From: Chloroflexota bacterium | Lineage (GTDB): Bacteria; Chloroflexota; Anaerolineae; DTLA01 | NCBI GenBank assembly: GCA_014874485.1 | Contig: JADBJK010000055.1 | Coordinates: 10,243 to 74,242 of the forward strand | Direction: 5' to 3' | DNA length: 64,000 nucleotides | Shown here: piece after piece, positions 51,282-60,446 of the stretch | Layout: every line of letters starts with the position of its first letter | How positions within the stretch are numbered: position 1 is the stretch's first letter | The notes under the pieces: model-generated | Seen by the model: only the letters and a program-made list of their open reading frames with translations | What the model was told of the DNA's origin: nothing | Database searches by the model: none | Position numbers and translations under genes: made by a program

Positions 51282-52187
51282 TTATTGCACCAGCGCCGCA
51301 ATCACAACGATGCGGTGCGTGTCTATCCTGTAGGGGTAGCAGGTGATGAGCGTCAGAATCGGGTCGGGTGTCGGGTCCATCACCTCCACCTGCGTGGGCT
51401 CAATGATGCGCTTCGCCACCACCTTGTACCGGTACGGCTGGGACCCCGCGTAGACGATGATCTCGTCCTCCAGTTCCAGTTTGTGCAGGTCGCGGAAGAT
51501 CTCGCCGTAGATGTCGTTGTGGGCCGAGATGACGCAGTTACCGCGCTCGCCCGGGTTGGCCGAGCCGATGTGATGCCCCGCGCCTTTCTTCAGTTGCTCC
51601 CACCCGTCGCCTTCCACCACGCGCGCGTCCACGTTGATGGCCGGGATCACGATGCGCGTCGGCTGCTCGGGCCCAGGGGTGGGGATGGGCACGGCCACTT
51701 CGGGCGACACCAGGTGCTGGTATTGCGCCGGCACCGGCTCGCGCCCGGGCACCGGCGGCTCGTGCCCGCCTGGGAGCACCCGCACCTCAATCAGCGCGGT
51801 GGCCGTGGGCGTGGGCCGATTGGACCCGCTGGCCTCCACCACGTCGCGGTTCAACTCCTGCAGGTTCAGGAACGTGCCGGCCAGGATGACCAGAAGCCCC
51901 ACCAGCGCCAGAATCTCCACGGCGAGCAGCAACTGCTCGCGGATGCGCTTCATATCCAGGCGGCGCGGGCTGCGCGTCTCCGGCTTCGCCGGCTCCTGCG
52001 GTTGCGGCTGCGCGGGCTGCACGGGCGCAGGAGCAGGGGCCACCGTCGGCTCCACCGGCTGTACCACGCGCCCCTCCGACGCCAGGCGGCGCAGCCTCTG
52101 GGCGCGCTCCTCCCGCTTCTTCAGCAGCAGAAGCCGCTCCAGTTCCTCTACGCTCAGTTCTTCCGCAGACCGTTTTCTACCAAACAC
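51282..52187 (-). CDS. Sortase (class D/E-like) with N-terminal extension
   Basis: TM anchor, IPAI, GNCVISAH, F..L, LTLITCYP, RIVV (His-Cys-Arg triad). Confidence 0.9.
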   Translation of the reverse strand: MFGRKRSAEELSVEELERLLLLKKREERAQRLRRLASEGRVVQPVEPTVAPAPAPVQPAQPQPQEPAKPETRSPRRLDMKRIREQLLLAVEILALVGLLVILAGTFLNLQELNRDVVEASGSNRPTPTATALIEVRVLPGGHEPPVPGREPVPAQYQHLVSPEVAVPIPTPGPEQPTRIVIPAINVDARVVEGDGWEQLKKGAGHHIGSANPGERGNCVISAHNDIYGEIFRDLHKLELEDEIIVYAGSQPYRYKVVAKRIIEPTQVEVMDPTPDPILTLITCYPYRIDTHRIVVIAALVQ

Positions 52188-52189
52188 GA

Positions 52190-53269
52190 TTAGGCAACCC
52201 GTTCCACCTTGACATTGCGCTTGGCCAGTTCGGCGAAGAACGGCTCAGGCTCCAGGCATCCCTCCGGCGCGAACACGCCCGCGGGCAACCCGCCCCGCGC
52301 CAGCATCAGCGCGCCGATGGCCGCGGGTATACCGGTGAGCCGCCCCATCTTGTCCACCGTGGCGTACACCAGCCGCCGCTCCTGGCCGTCCTTGCGCCCG
52401 ATGACGTCCACGCGCGCGCCCGAGAACGGCACCCCGCCCGCGCGGAAGATGCCCTCAATGGCGTGGATGACCTTCGCCACTCGGTCAATCTTCCTGGGCG
52501 TGTTGATGAGCCGCAGCGCGTTGAACACGTCCACGAGTTTGTTGTTCCAGTCGGGCGTCAGCGCGCCCTTCAGCGTAACCGTCTTCGCGCGGATGTACCG
52601 CGGGATGGTCAGCGGCTCCGGGTGTCCGCAATGGAACACGCGGATGCGGCCCAGCGGCGGCGGGAACTCCACCACCTCGGCACCCGACGACGCCGGGATG
52701 TTCTTCCACTCGCCGTCCATGTACGTGGGCACCTCGCCGGTTACTGCGTAGAACACGTGCTTGATGACGGCCAACCCCTGGGAGTCCGCCGCCCCGCCTG
52801 CCCAGGCCACATGGATGGCGTCCACCTCGTCCAGGCGGAATGCACCGTCGCGGGCCATCAGGTTCGTGATGCCCGGCGTCCACCCCAGGCCCGTGATGGC
52901 GGTGATGCCCGCCTCGCGCGCAGGGGCGTCCAGCGCCAGCACGTCGGGTATCGGCCCATAGTCGTCGCAGATGTCCACGTAGTTCACGCGGGCCTTGACG
53001 GCGGCGCGGGTCATGGGCGCGGCGAACTTGTAGAACGGGCCGATGCACCCCACCGCCGCGTCCGCGCCCCGCATGACTTCCACCAGCGAGTCCTCTTTCG
53101 TGGCATCCACGAACCGGGCCGAGGCGCGCGGCCCCAGTTCCTCGGCCAACTTCTTGGCCGCGTCTAGCCGATAGTCGGCGATGACGATTTCCGCGTCGCT
53201 GTGCGCGGCGATGTCGCGCACGACGAAACTCCCCATGTCTCCGCAGCCACCCAGGACGACGATTTTCAT
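52190..53269 (-). CDS. Saccharopine dehydrogenase-like NAD(P)-dependent oxidoreductase
   Basis: VLGGCGDMG, GPFY, YVDICDD, GLGWTPG..N, GHPEP, TG.PAA.GA. Confidence 0.88.
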   Translation of the reverse strand: MKIVVLGGCGDMGSFVVRDIAAHSDAEIVIADYRLDAAKKLAEELGPRASARFVDATKEDSLVEVMRGADAAVGCIGPFYKFAAPMTRAAVKARVNYVDICDDYGPIPDVLALDAPAREAGITAITGLGWTPGITNLMARDGAFRLDEVDAIHVAWAGGAADSQGLAVIKHVFYAVTGEVPTYMDGEWKNIPASSGAEVVEFPPPLGRIRVFHCGHPEPLTIPRYIRAKTVTLKGALTPDWNNKLVDVFNALRLINTPRKIDRVAKVIHAIEGIFRAGGVPFSGARVDVIGRKDGQERRLVYATVDKMGRLTGIPAAIGALMLARGGLPAGVFAPEGCLEPEPFFAELAKRNVKVERVA

Positions 53270-53310
53270 GTCAGACCTCCTGTAACTCTCGCCAAGGGAT
53301 GCCGAAAGAC

Positions 53311-53449
53311 GATTCGGTTCCATCTCTTGCTGGTGAACCACTCGCATGTGCTGCTGACTTTCACAGACCTCCAGTTGCGACGCACCTCGGAGGTGCGTCG
53401 CAACTGAAACCCTGTTTCTTTCAGTCTCCAACGAGATTTGGAACCAATC
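53311..53449. repeat. Inverted-repeat-flanked element with the perfect palindrome GTTGCGACGCACCTCGGAGGTGCGTCGCAAC
   Basis: Ends GATTCGGTTCCATCTC and GAGATTTGGAACCAATC; core shared with 27376 and 36424. Confidence 0.7.
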
Positions 53450-53564
53450 GCAGGCAAAACACCGCAGCGCAGAGAATGAGGGGCGGCAATGAGCGAACTC
53501 CTGCGCTGCGCGCGACCGGCCCCGACTCGGATGTGAAAGAACAACGGTTTGGACTAATTCCTCA

Positions 53565-55157
53565 TTATAGCCCAGGTTTGCGCCGCGTCAAACGAAGTCG
53601 GCGCGCCACCGCACGGCTCAGCGTGGCCCATTCCTCCACGCGCAGCGCCGAGATGAGCGCGGCATACACCCCCACGCCGACCACCGCCCCCACGCCGACC
53701 TGCACGAGCCACGGGATGGACCCTTCAGCACCCACCCTCGCAGCGACCTGTCCCGCGCTCCAGTGGACTGCAAGCGCCATGCCACCGGCGGCCACCAACG
53801 ACTTCAACGCCGTCGCCCCGATGCGGCTCTGGCGCAGCGATTTGCGCAGCAGGAACAGCATGATGAGCGCGTGGCCGGTCAGTTGGCACGAGTTGGCGAT
53901 GACCAGGCCGAGCATCCCCAGCGGGCGGATGAGCGCCAGCGCCACCACCAGGTAGATGCCCACGGCGGCAACGCCCACCAGCGCGGGCGTCAGCGTGTTC
54001 TTGCGGGCGTAGAAGGCGAAGATGAGCAACTGGTCAATCCCCGCGAAGGTGAGGCCGATGAGGTAGAACCGCAGCGCGTTGGCAACCTGCACCGTGTCGT
54101 GGGGGCCGAATTCGCCGTGCTGGAAGATGAGGGCCACCACCGGCCGGGCCAGGACGAACAGCCCCAGCGTCGCGGGGACGAGCAGCACCAGCACCATGCG
54201 CAGCGAGATGCCCAGGGTTCGCTCGTAGGCGGCGTCATCGCCGGCGTAGTCCGAGCGGGCCAGTGACGGCAGCGAGGCCAGCGAAATCGCCGCGGCCACC
54301 AGCCCCAGCGGGAACTGCACCAGGTTCGTGGCGTACTGCATCCAGGCGATGCTTTCCCCGCCCGTCCGGGACGCCAGGTTGCGGTCTATGGCGATCCCAA
54401 TCTGGCTGACCACAAGCCCCAGGACGATAGGCAGATACAGTTTCAGGATGCGTCGCAGGCCTGGGTGGCGCAGGTCCAGGGAAAACCGAAAGCGCCCATC
54501 CCGCAATCCAGGAGCCAACAGGGCGAACTGGAGCAGCGCGCCCAGGACGATGCCCACCGCCAGCGCGTACACGTCCAACCACGCTGCGAAGAACATCGCC
54601 GCCAGGATGAGCCCCAGGTTGTAAACAGCCGCGCCGAACGCGGGATAGGCGAACCGTTGGAGGCTGTACAGCACGCCGATGGCGATGCCGGAAACGCCGA
54701 ACACCAGCACCGCAGGGAGGACGATGCGGATGAGCCGCGTGGTCATGGCCAGGACCTCCGGCTCAAACCCGCCGCCCAGAAGCCACGCCACCACCGGCGC
54801 GCCCAACTCCAGCAGCAGAATCAGCGCCGTCAGCAAGACGGCAGCCAGGCTGAACAGAACGCTGGCCAGTTCCCACAATTCCTTCTTGCGGGTCTCGGCA
54901 TAGTCGCTGAGCACAGGGATGAGCGCGGAACTGAGCATGCCCCCGATGAGCAAATCAAAGATCATGGTGGGGACTTGGGAGGCCACCCGGAAGGCGCTCA
55001 GGTACGGGGACGCCCCGAAGTAGTCGGCAATGACCAGTTCGCGCACCAGGCCCAGCAGGCGGCTCACGATGTTGCCCGCGCCGATGATGCCCGCCGCGCC
55101 CGCGATGCTGGTTACCGTCTTTTGGGTTGAGTCTGCCGGTGGAGTGATTTCAGCCAA
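53565..55157 (-). CDS. murJ: Lipid II flippase MurJ (MviN)
   Basis: SRLLGLVRE..IA..FGA, GG.LS.A.IP, DR.LAS, Q.P.G, AFYA..NT.TP; start uncertain. Confidence 0.9.
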   Translation of the reverse strand: MAEITPPADSTQKTVTSIAGAAGIIGAGNIVSRLLGLVRELVIADYFGASPYLSAFRVASQVPTMIFDLLIGGMLSSALIPVLSDYAETRKKELWELASVLFSLAAVLLTALILLLELGAPVVAWLLGGGFEPEVLAMTTRLIRIVLPAVLVFGVSGIAIGVLYSLQRFAYPAFGAAVYNLGLILAAMFFAAWLDVYALAVGIVLGALLQFALLAPGLRDGRFRFSLDLRHPGLRRILKLYLPIVLGLVVSQIGIAIDRNLASRTGGESIAWMQYATNLVQFPLGLVAAAISLASLPSLARSDYAGDDAAYERTLGISLRMVLVLLVPATLGLFVLARPVVALIFQHGEFGPHDTVQVANALRFYLIGLTFAGIDQLLIFAFYARKNTLTPALVGVAAVGIYLVVALALIRPLGMLGLVIANSCQLTGHALIMLFLLRKSLRQSRIGATALKSLVAAGGMALAVHWSAGQVAARVGAEGSIPWLVQVGVGAVVGVGVYAALISALRVEEWATLSRAVARRLRLTRRKPGL

Positions 55158-55240
55158 AGCGCGCCTTGCCCCTTGCCCTCCAATGCCAGCGCATTGTACA
55201 CGAGGACGGGGGCACGGGCAAAAGCGTGGTCGCTCGTCAG

Positions 55241-55318
55241 GATTCACCGCAGAGAACACAGAGAACGCAGAGATTTCAGGGCAAACCTCTGCGGTCTCCG
55301 CGTGCTCTGCGGTGAATC
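55241..55318. repeat. GATTCACCGCAGAG...CTCTGCGGTGAATC hairpin
   Basis: Inverted repeat of the TTCACCGCAGAG family. Confidence 0.85.
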
Positions 55319-55432
55319 TCTGTGTTGGCGAGGGAACGTCGTGCCGCTATAATAGGCCTGCGCGGGAACTTCCCTGTGGCGAGGGGCGTCAGCAATTTGG
55401 GATTTGGAGCGCGAGGGGAGGTGCGGATTGTG

Positions 55433-57451
55433 ATGCGCAGAAGTGCGGCTGGATGGCTGTTGGCGGCGGCCTTGGCAGTGGCGGCCGTACTCCCTTCGGC
55501 GCCTGTCCGCGCTGCCAATGGCACGTGGCAGGCGCAGTACTGGGCCAACCGGTTCCTGTCGGGCGCGCCCGCCCTCGTCCGCACGGAGACGGCCGTGAGT
55601 TTTGACTGGGCGTTCGGTTCGCCCGGCGCGGGAATCCCCAAGGACAACTGGTCGGCGCGGTGGGAGTACACCGGCGCGTTCGCGGCGGGCTGGTACCGCT
55701 TCCGCACGTTCACCGATGACGGCGTGCGCGTCTGGGTGGACGACAAGCCCGTCATTGACCAATGGTTTGACATGCCCGGCGTTGCCAACACGGGCGACGT
55801 GTACCTCGCCACGGGCACGCATCGGGTCAAGATGGAGTACTACGAGCACACCGGCTGGGCGCGCGCCTATCTCTCCTGGTTGCGCTTCTCGGGTGAACCG
55901 GAGTACACGGGCTGGAAGGGCGAGTACTTCAACAACCGCAACCTCACAGGCAGCCCCGCTTTCGTCCGCGACGACCCGAAGGTGGACTTTGACTGGGGTT
56001 GGGGCGATGCGTACCCGGGCATCGGCCTCGGCGCGGATGACTTCTCCGTGCGCTGGACGCGGCGCATGCGCTTTGACGCGGGCTACTGGCGGTTCAAGGC
56101 CACCGTCAGCGACGGGATTCGCATCTACGTGGACGGGCAGAAGGTTGTGGACTCGTGGCGCGAGCAGGACACGACCTTCGTCAGCGGCGATGTGTACCTC
56201 GCGGCCGGCGAGCATGAGGTCAAGGTGGAGTACTTTGAGGGGCGCGGGCGGGCGATTGTGCGCGTGGAATGGGAGCAACTATCGGCTCCCGCGCAGCCTT
56301 CGCCCACACCTGCGTACACTCAGTGGAAGGGCGAATACTACGCCAACCGCTACCTGTCCGGGACGCCAACCCTCGTGCGGAATGACGCCGAGGTTCGCTT
56401 CAACTGGGGCCTTGGCTCTCCCGCAAGCAACATCCCTGCGGATGAGTTCTCGGTGCGGTGGACGCGGACGCTGTCTTTCGCGGCGGGCACGTACCGATTC
56501 TACGCGCGCGCCGACGACGGAGTGCGTCTCTGGGTGGACGGCCAACTGATCATAGACCGCTGGCACGATCAGGCCGCCACCACGCACCAGGGCGACATCG
56601 CGCTGAACGCAGGCCCCCACGACATCCGCCTGGAATACTACGAGAACGGCGGCTTTGCCGAGATCGCCCTATGGTGGGAACCCATCGCCTCTGCGGCACA
56701 ATGGCAGGCCGAGTACTTCAACAACGTGGCCCTGGCTGGCGCGCCTGCGTGGAGCGGGTCGGTGGCGGAGATTCAATTTGACTGGGGCGGTGGCAGTCCG
56801 GCGCCGGGCGTTGCCGCCGACCGGTTTTCGGCCCGCTACACGTTCGCGGCGCAGTTCGCTGCGGGGCTGTACGTGTTCCGCGTGCGCTCCGACGACGGGG
56901 TGCGTCTGTGGGTGGATGACCAACTGGTACTGGATCGCTGGGTCGTGCGGTCGGCAACCGACGACGAGGCGGCGCTGCAACTGGCCGCAGGCACGCACCG
57001 CATTCGGCTGGAATACTTTGAGGATGTCGGCCTGGCGGAGTTACGCCTCTCCTGGGAGAAGCGCGAGGACGCGGGCAGCACCGCCTGGCGCGGCGAATAC
57101 TTCACCAATCCCTGGCTCATCGGATACCCGACGGTTACCCGACAGGATGCCGCTGTGGATTTCAACTGGGGCACCGGCTCGCCGGCATCCGGCATTCCCG
57201 CAGATAACTTCTCGGCGCGCTGGACGCGGACGCTGGTGCTCCCCGCGCCGCGCACGCTGACCTTCTCGCTGCGCACGGACGACGGCGCGCGCCTGTGGGT
57301 GGACGGGCAGTTGGTGCTGGATCGCTGGTACGACCAGGTAGCCACAACGACACACACCGCACGGGTCGCGCTGCCGGCGGGCGTCCACACGATTGTGCTG
57401 GAGTACTACGAGCACGGCGGCCTCGCGTCGGCGTGGCTGGGTTGGCAGTAG
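55433..57451 (+). CDS. Secreted protein of five tandem PA14 domains
   Basis: Signal peptide; five repeats of W..EY..N..L.G...F.WG.G.P....D.FS.RW...DDG.R.WVD...H....EY.E. Confidence 0.88.
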   Translation: MRRSAAGWLLAAALAVAAVLPSAPVRAANGTWQAQYWANRFLSGAPALVRTETAVSFDWAFGSPGAGIPKDNWSARWEYTGAFAAGWYRFRTFTDDGVRVWVDDKPVIDQWFDMPGVANTGDVYLATGTHRVKMEYYEHTGWARAYLSWLRFSGEPEYTGWKGEYFNNRNLTGSPAFVRDDPKVDFDWGWGDAYPGIGLGADDFSVRWTRRMRFDAGYWRFKATVSDGIRIYVDGQKVVDSWREQDTTFVSGDVYLAAGEHEVKVEYFEGRGRAIVRVEWEQLSAPAQPSPTPAYTQWKGEYYANRYLSGTPTLVRNDAEVRFNWGLGSPASNIPADEFSVRWTRTLSFAAGTYRFYARADDGVRLWVDGQLIIDRWHDQAATTHQGDIALNAGPHDIRLEYYENGGFAEIALWWEPIASAAQWQAEYFNNVALAGAPAWSGSVAEIQFDWGGGSPAPGVAADRFSARYTFAAQFAAGLYVFRVRSDDGVRLWVDDQLVLDRWVVRSATDDEAALQLAAGTHRIRLEYFEDVGLAELRLSWEKREDAGSTAWRGEYFTNPWLIGYPTVTRQDAAVDFNWGTGSPASGIPADNFSARWTRTLVLPAPRTLTFSLRTDDGARLWVDGQLVLDRWYDQVATTTHTARVALPAGVHTIVLEYYEHGGLASAWLGWQ

Positions 57452-57687
57452 CGGCTGGCGGGCGTGGTCAGGGGTCCGCTCACTCCACCCGTTTTCCGGC
57501 GGGTGATGAAGCGCAGTTCTCGTTCTGTGGCGGCATTTCGTGCGGTGCCGATACGCCCTGCCTGCACAATCGCGCGCGTGCCGCGGTTGACATATCCGCA
57601 CAAGTGCGTGTACAATAGCACAAACGGAGCGTTTGGAATGGTCAGGTGCGTGTCAAGTGCCGCCTGTCCACCTTTTCGGGAGGGAGC

Positions 57688-58851
57688 ATGAACGAACGCC
57701 AACTGCTGATGATTCCTGGCCCCATCTCGTTTGACCCCGCCGTGTTGCGCGCCATGTCCATCCCCACCGACAGCCACGTCAGCCAGGAGTTCGTGGACCT
57801 CTTCGGCCAGGTGCTGGACGACATGCTCCAGGTCTTCCTGGCCCCCCACGGGTATCCGTTCGTCGTCGCGGGCTCCGGCACGTTGGCGATGGAGTTGGGC
57901 TTGGCGAACCTGGTGGAGCCGGGCAATCGGGTCCTGGTCCTGCGCACGGGCGTCTTCGGCGAGCGGTTCAGCGACATCGCCCGCCGCCAGGGGGCCGAGG
58001 TGGACGAAATCGTCGCGCCGCTGGGCGAAGTGCCCGACGTGGCGGAGGTGGAGGCCAAACTGGCCTCGGCCCCGTACAAGGTGATGACCGCAACCCACGT
58101 GGACACATCCACCGGCGTCGCGGTGGACGTGAAGGCGCTGGCGGCCCTGGCCCGGAAGCACGGCGCGCTGTCGGTGGTGGACGGCGTATGCGCGACGGCG
58201 GGCATGGAATGTCGGCAGGAAGAGTGGGGCGTGGACGTGTACCTCACCGCCTCGCAGAAGGCCATCTCGGTGCCGCCCGGGCTGGCGCTGCTGGTGGCCA
58301 GCGAGCGCGCGATTGAGGCGTTCCGCCGCCGCAAGACGCTGGTCCGCAGTTACTACGCCGACTGGGGCAAGTGGCTGCCCATCATGGAGTCGTACCGCCA
58401 GCGCAAGGCCGCCTACTTCGGCACGCCCGCGGTCAACCTCGTGTACGCGCTGCGCGTTAGCCTGGCGCAGATACTGGCCGAGGGGATGGATGCGCGGTTC
58501 CGCCGCCACCAGCGCCTGAGCGACGGGTTCAAGGCGGCGGTGGCTGCCATGGGCCTGCAGCAAGTGCCTGCGCGCCCTGAGATCGCCGCCACGACCCTGA
58601 CCGCGGTGTACTACCCCGACGGCGTGGGGGCCGAGTTGCTGAAGAAGGTGGCGGATGAGGGCGTGATCCTCGCGGGTGGCCTGCACCCCGACATCAAGAC
58701 GAAGTACTTCCGCGTGGGCCACATGGGGCCGGCGGGGCCGTCCGACATCCTGGCGACGGTCGGGGCCATTGAGCGCAGCCTGAAGGCGCTGGGGTATGCG
58801 GTGGAATTAGGCCGCGGCGTGGAGGCAGCCCAGCGGGCCATGGGCGTTTAG
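57688..58851 (+). CDS. Class V PLP aminotransferase (alanine-glyoxylate / serine-pyruvate type)
   Basis: LMIPGP, GSGT.AME, HVDTSTG, VDGV, ASQKA...PPG, FRVGHMG; promoter TTGACA..TACAAT at 57587-57616. Confidence 0.92.
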   Translation: MNERQLLMIPGPISFDPAVLRAMSIPTDSHVSQEFVDLFGQVLDDMLQVFLAPHGYPFVVAGSGTLAMELGLANLVEPGNRVLVLRTGVFGERFSDIARRQGAEVDEIVAPLGEVPDVAEVEAKLASAPYKVMTATHVDTSTGVAVDVKALAALARKHGALSVVDGVCATAGMECRQEEWGVDVYLTASQKAISVPPGLALLVASERAIEAFRRRKTLVRSYYADWGKWLPIMESYRQRKAAYFGTPAVNLVYALRVSLAQILAEGMDARFRRHQRLSDGFKAAVAAMGLQQVPARPEIAATTLTAVYYPDGVGAELLKKVADEGVILAGGLHPDIKTKYFRVGHMGPAGPSDILATVGAIERSLKALGYAVELGRGVEAAQRAMGV

Positions 58852-58917
58852 CGGGTTTTCGGGCCGTTTGAACCTTCGGCCTGCGACCATTGTATTTTGA
58901 ATAGAGGGAGTGCATCT

Positions 58918-59499
58918 GTGGCAGAAAGTGCGGACGCTGCCCTCATCTCACAGGCGCAGTCGGGCGATGTGGCCGCTTTTGAGGCGCTGTACAAGAAGTA
59001 CAGCACGATGGTGTTCCGCACGGCCTATGCCATCCTGCGCGACCGGTACGCTGCCGAAGAAGTAACGCAGGAATGCTTCGTCCGCGCCTACCGCGGGCTG
59101 GCGCGCGTGCAGGCGTGCGACTCGCTGGGGCCGTGGCTGCACCGCATCGCCGTGAACCTGAGTTACAACTGGTGGAGGCAGACGCACCGCTACCGGCTCT
59201 TGCCGCTGGACTCCCTGACGGTCTTGGAACATTCGGCCCGGACCGAGTCGCCCCAGGCGGCGCTTTACCGCGCCGAGGTCAACGACGCGCTGGCGCAGGC
59301 GCTGGATACCCTGGGGTTTGACCAGAAAGTCGCGCTGATCCTGTTCTATCTGGGCGGCTTTTCGCTGGAGGAAATCGCGTACATCCTGGACTGTCCCGTG
59401 GGCACGGTGAAGTCCAGACTGCACTACGGGCGCAGCAAACTCAGGCGCACGTTGGAGCAGATGCAACGCACCCTACCCGAGGTGGCGTACGAGTTCTGA
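58918..59499 (+). CDS. ECF sigma factor
   Basis: GD..AF..LY, AEEVTQE.F, WL.RIAVN, EEIA.IL..PVGTVKSRL; ECF-type TGAACC...TGTA promoter at 58869-58894. Confidence 0.92.
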   Translation: MAESADAALISQAQSGDVAAFEALYKKYSTMVFRTAYAILRDRYAAEEVTQECFVRAYRGLARVQACDSLGPWLHRIAVNLSYNWWRQTHRYRLLPLDSLTVLEHSARTESPQAALYRAEVNDALAQALDTLGFDQKVALILFYLGGFSLEEIAYILDCPVGTVKSRLHYGRSKLRRTLEQMQRTLPEVAYEF

Positions 59500-59921
59500 T
59501 GATGTGGAGACGCGCAAGGCGAGTTTCCGATGACGAGTTGGACTGGGCGATTCGCTCAACCCTGCGGGCGGAGACCGAGGGGCTAGAGCCTTCGCCGCAG
59601 GTGTGGGCCCGCGTGCGCGCGCGCATCGCGGATGGCCGTCCGGACCAGGAGCGACAGGCCCGCGCCGTCCTGTGGCACGCGCGCCTCGCCAACGCCATTC
59701 AGGGAGCCGTACTGGCTATGCTCGTGCTCGGGTTTGGGCTTGGGCTGAGCCGGGGCTTCCTCGGCCCCGATTGGCACCAGACCACTGCCCATTCGGTCCC
59801 TACCGTTACCTACGTCAGCAAGTCCGCTGGCCGATACCCGAAAGACGTGCTCAATGCCAAGCGGCTGATGCAGATAGATAAGCAGAAACCCGCGCCTGGG
59901 GCCTGGCGGTTGCCCCAGTAG
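59499..59921 (+). CDS. Putative membrane anti-sigma factor
   Basis: Coupled to the ECF stop; PSPQVWARVRARI followed by one TM helix. Confidence 0.6.
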   Translation: MMWRRARRVSDDELDWAIRSTLRAETEGLEPSPQVWARVRARIADGRPDQERQARAVLWHARLANAIQGAVLAMLVLGFGLGLSRGFLGPDWHQTTAHSVPTVTYVSKSAGRYPKDVLNAKRLMQIDKQKPAPGAWRLPQ

Positions 59922-59949
59922 GCTGACCGGGTTCCGAATGCGTTTGCGA

Positions 59950-60130
59950 CTGTCATTGCGAGGGTGCAGCGCCGAAGAATCTCGGCGTCCGAGATGCTTC
60001 GTTCGCAATGACAATGTGGGGAAAGCGCCAATCCGCGCGAATGAACAGAAGTGGCACCCCTGCATTCGTGTAGATTCGTGCGATTCGTGGATTGAACATT
60101 CGCGCAGCGCCGAAGAATCTCGGCGTGGTG
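59950..60130. repeat. Composite palindromic repeat, partly an inverted copy of 50728-50822
   Basis: CGCAATGACAATGTGG...TGCATTCGTGTAGATTCGTGCGATTCGTGGAT. Confidence 0.8.
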
Positions 60131-60264
60131 GAAAATCGCGAATCGGCAAGAACAACAATTCGCATCCATTCGGGATTCGGGTCTGAGGCGGTTTGCGCGC
60201 AAGGACAGGTGGGTGAGGGCGGTGTGGCTCGTCAAGGAGACGGGCCGAATGCCGAAACGTGGGC

Positions 60265-60292
60265 TTGACGGAATGCAGGAATGTGTTATAAT
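60265..60292 (+). promoter_or_regulatory. opp operon promoter
   Basis: TTGACG, 16 nt, TATAAT with extended TG. Confidence 0.7.
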
Positions 60293-60446
60293 AGTACAGA
60301 CTCGTTGTCCTGAGTTGTTCCGTGCATCACGTCCCCACCGCCGTGGACTTTCTGTAACAGGAAAGGGGGTGGTTGCCGAAACCTAACGCGACAGGAAACC
60401 CTTGGGTAGTTCAAATCCGCAAAGACTCTAAGGAGGAAATGGGAAG

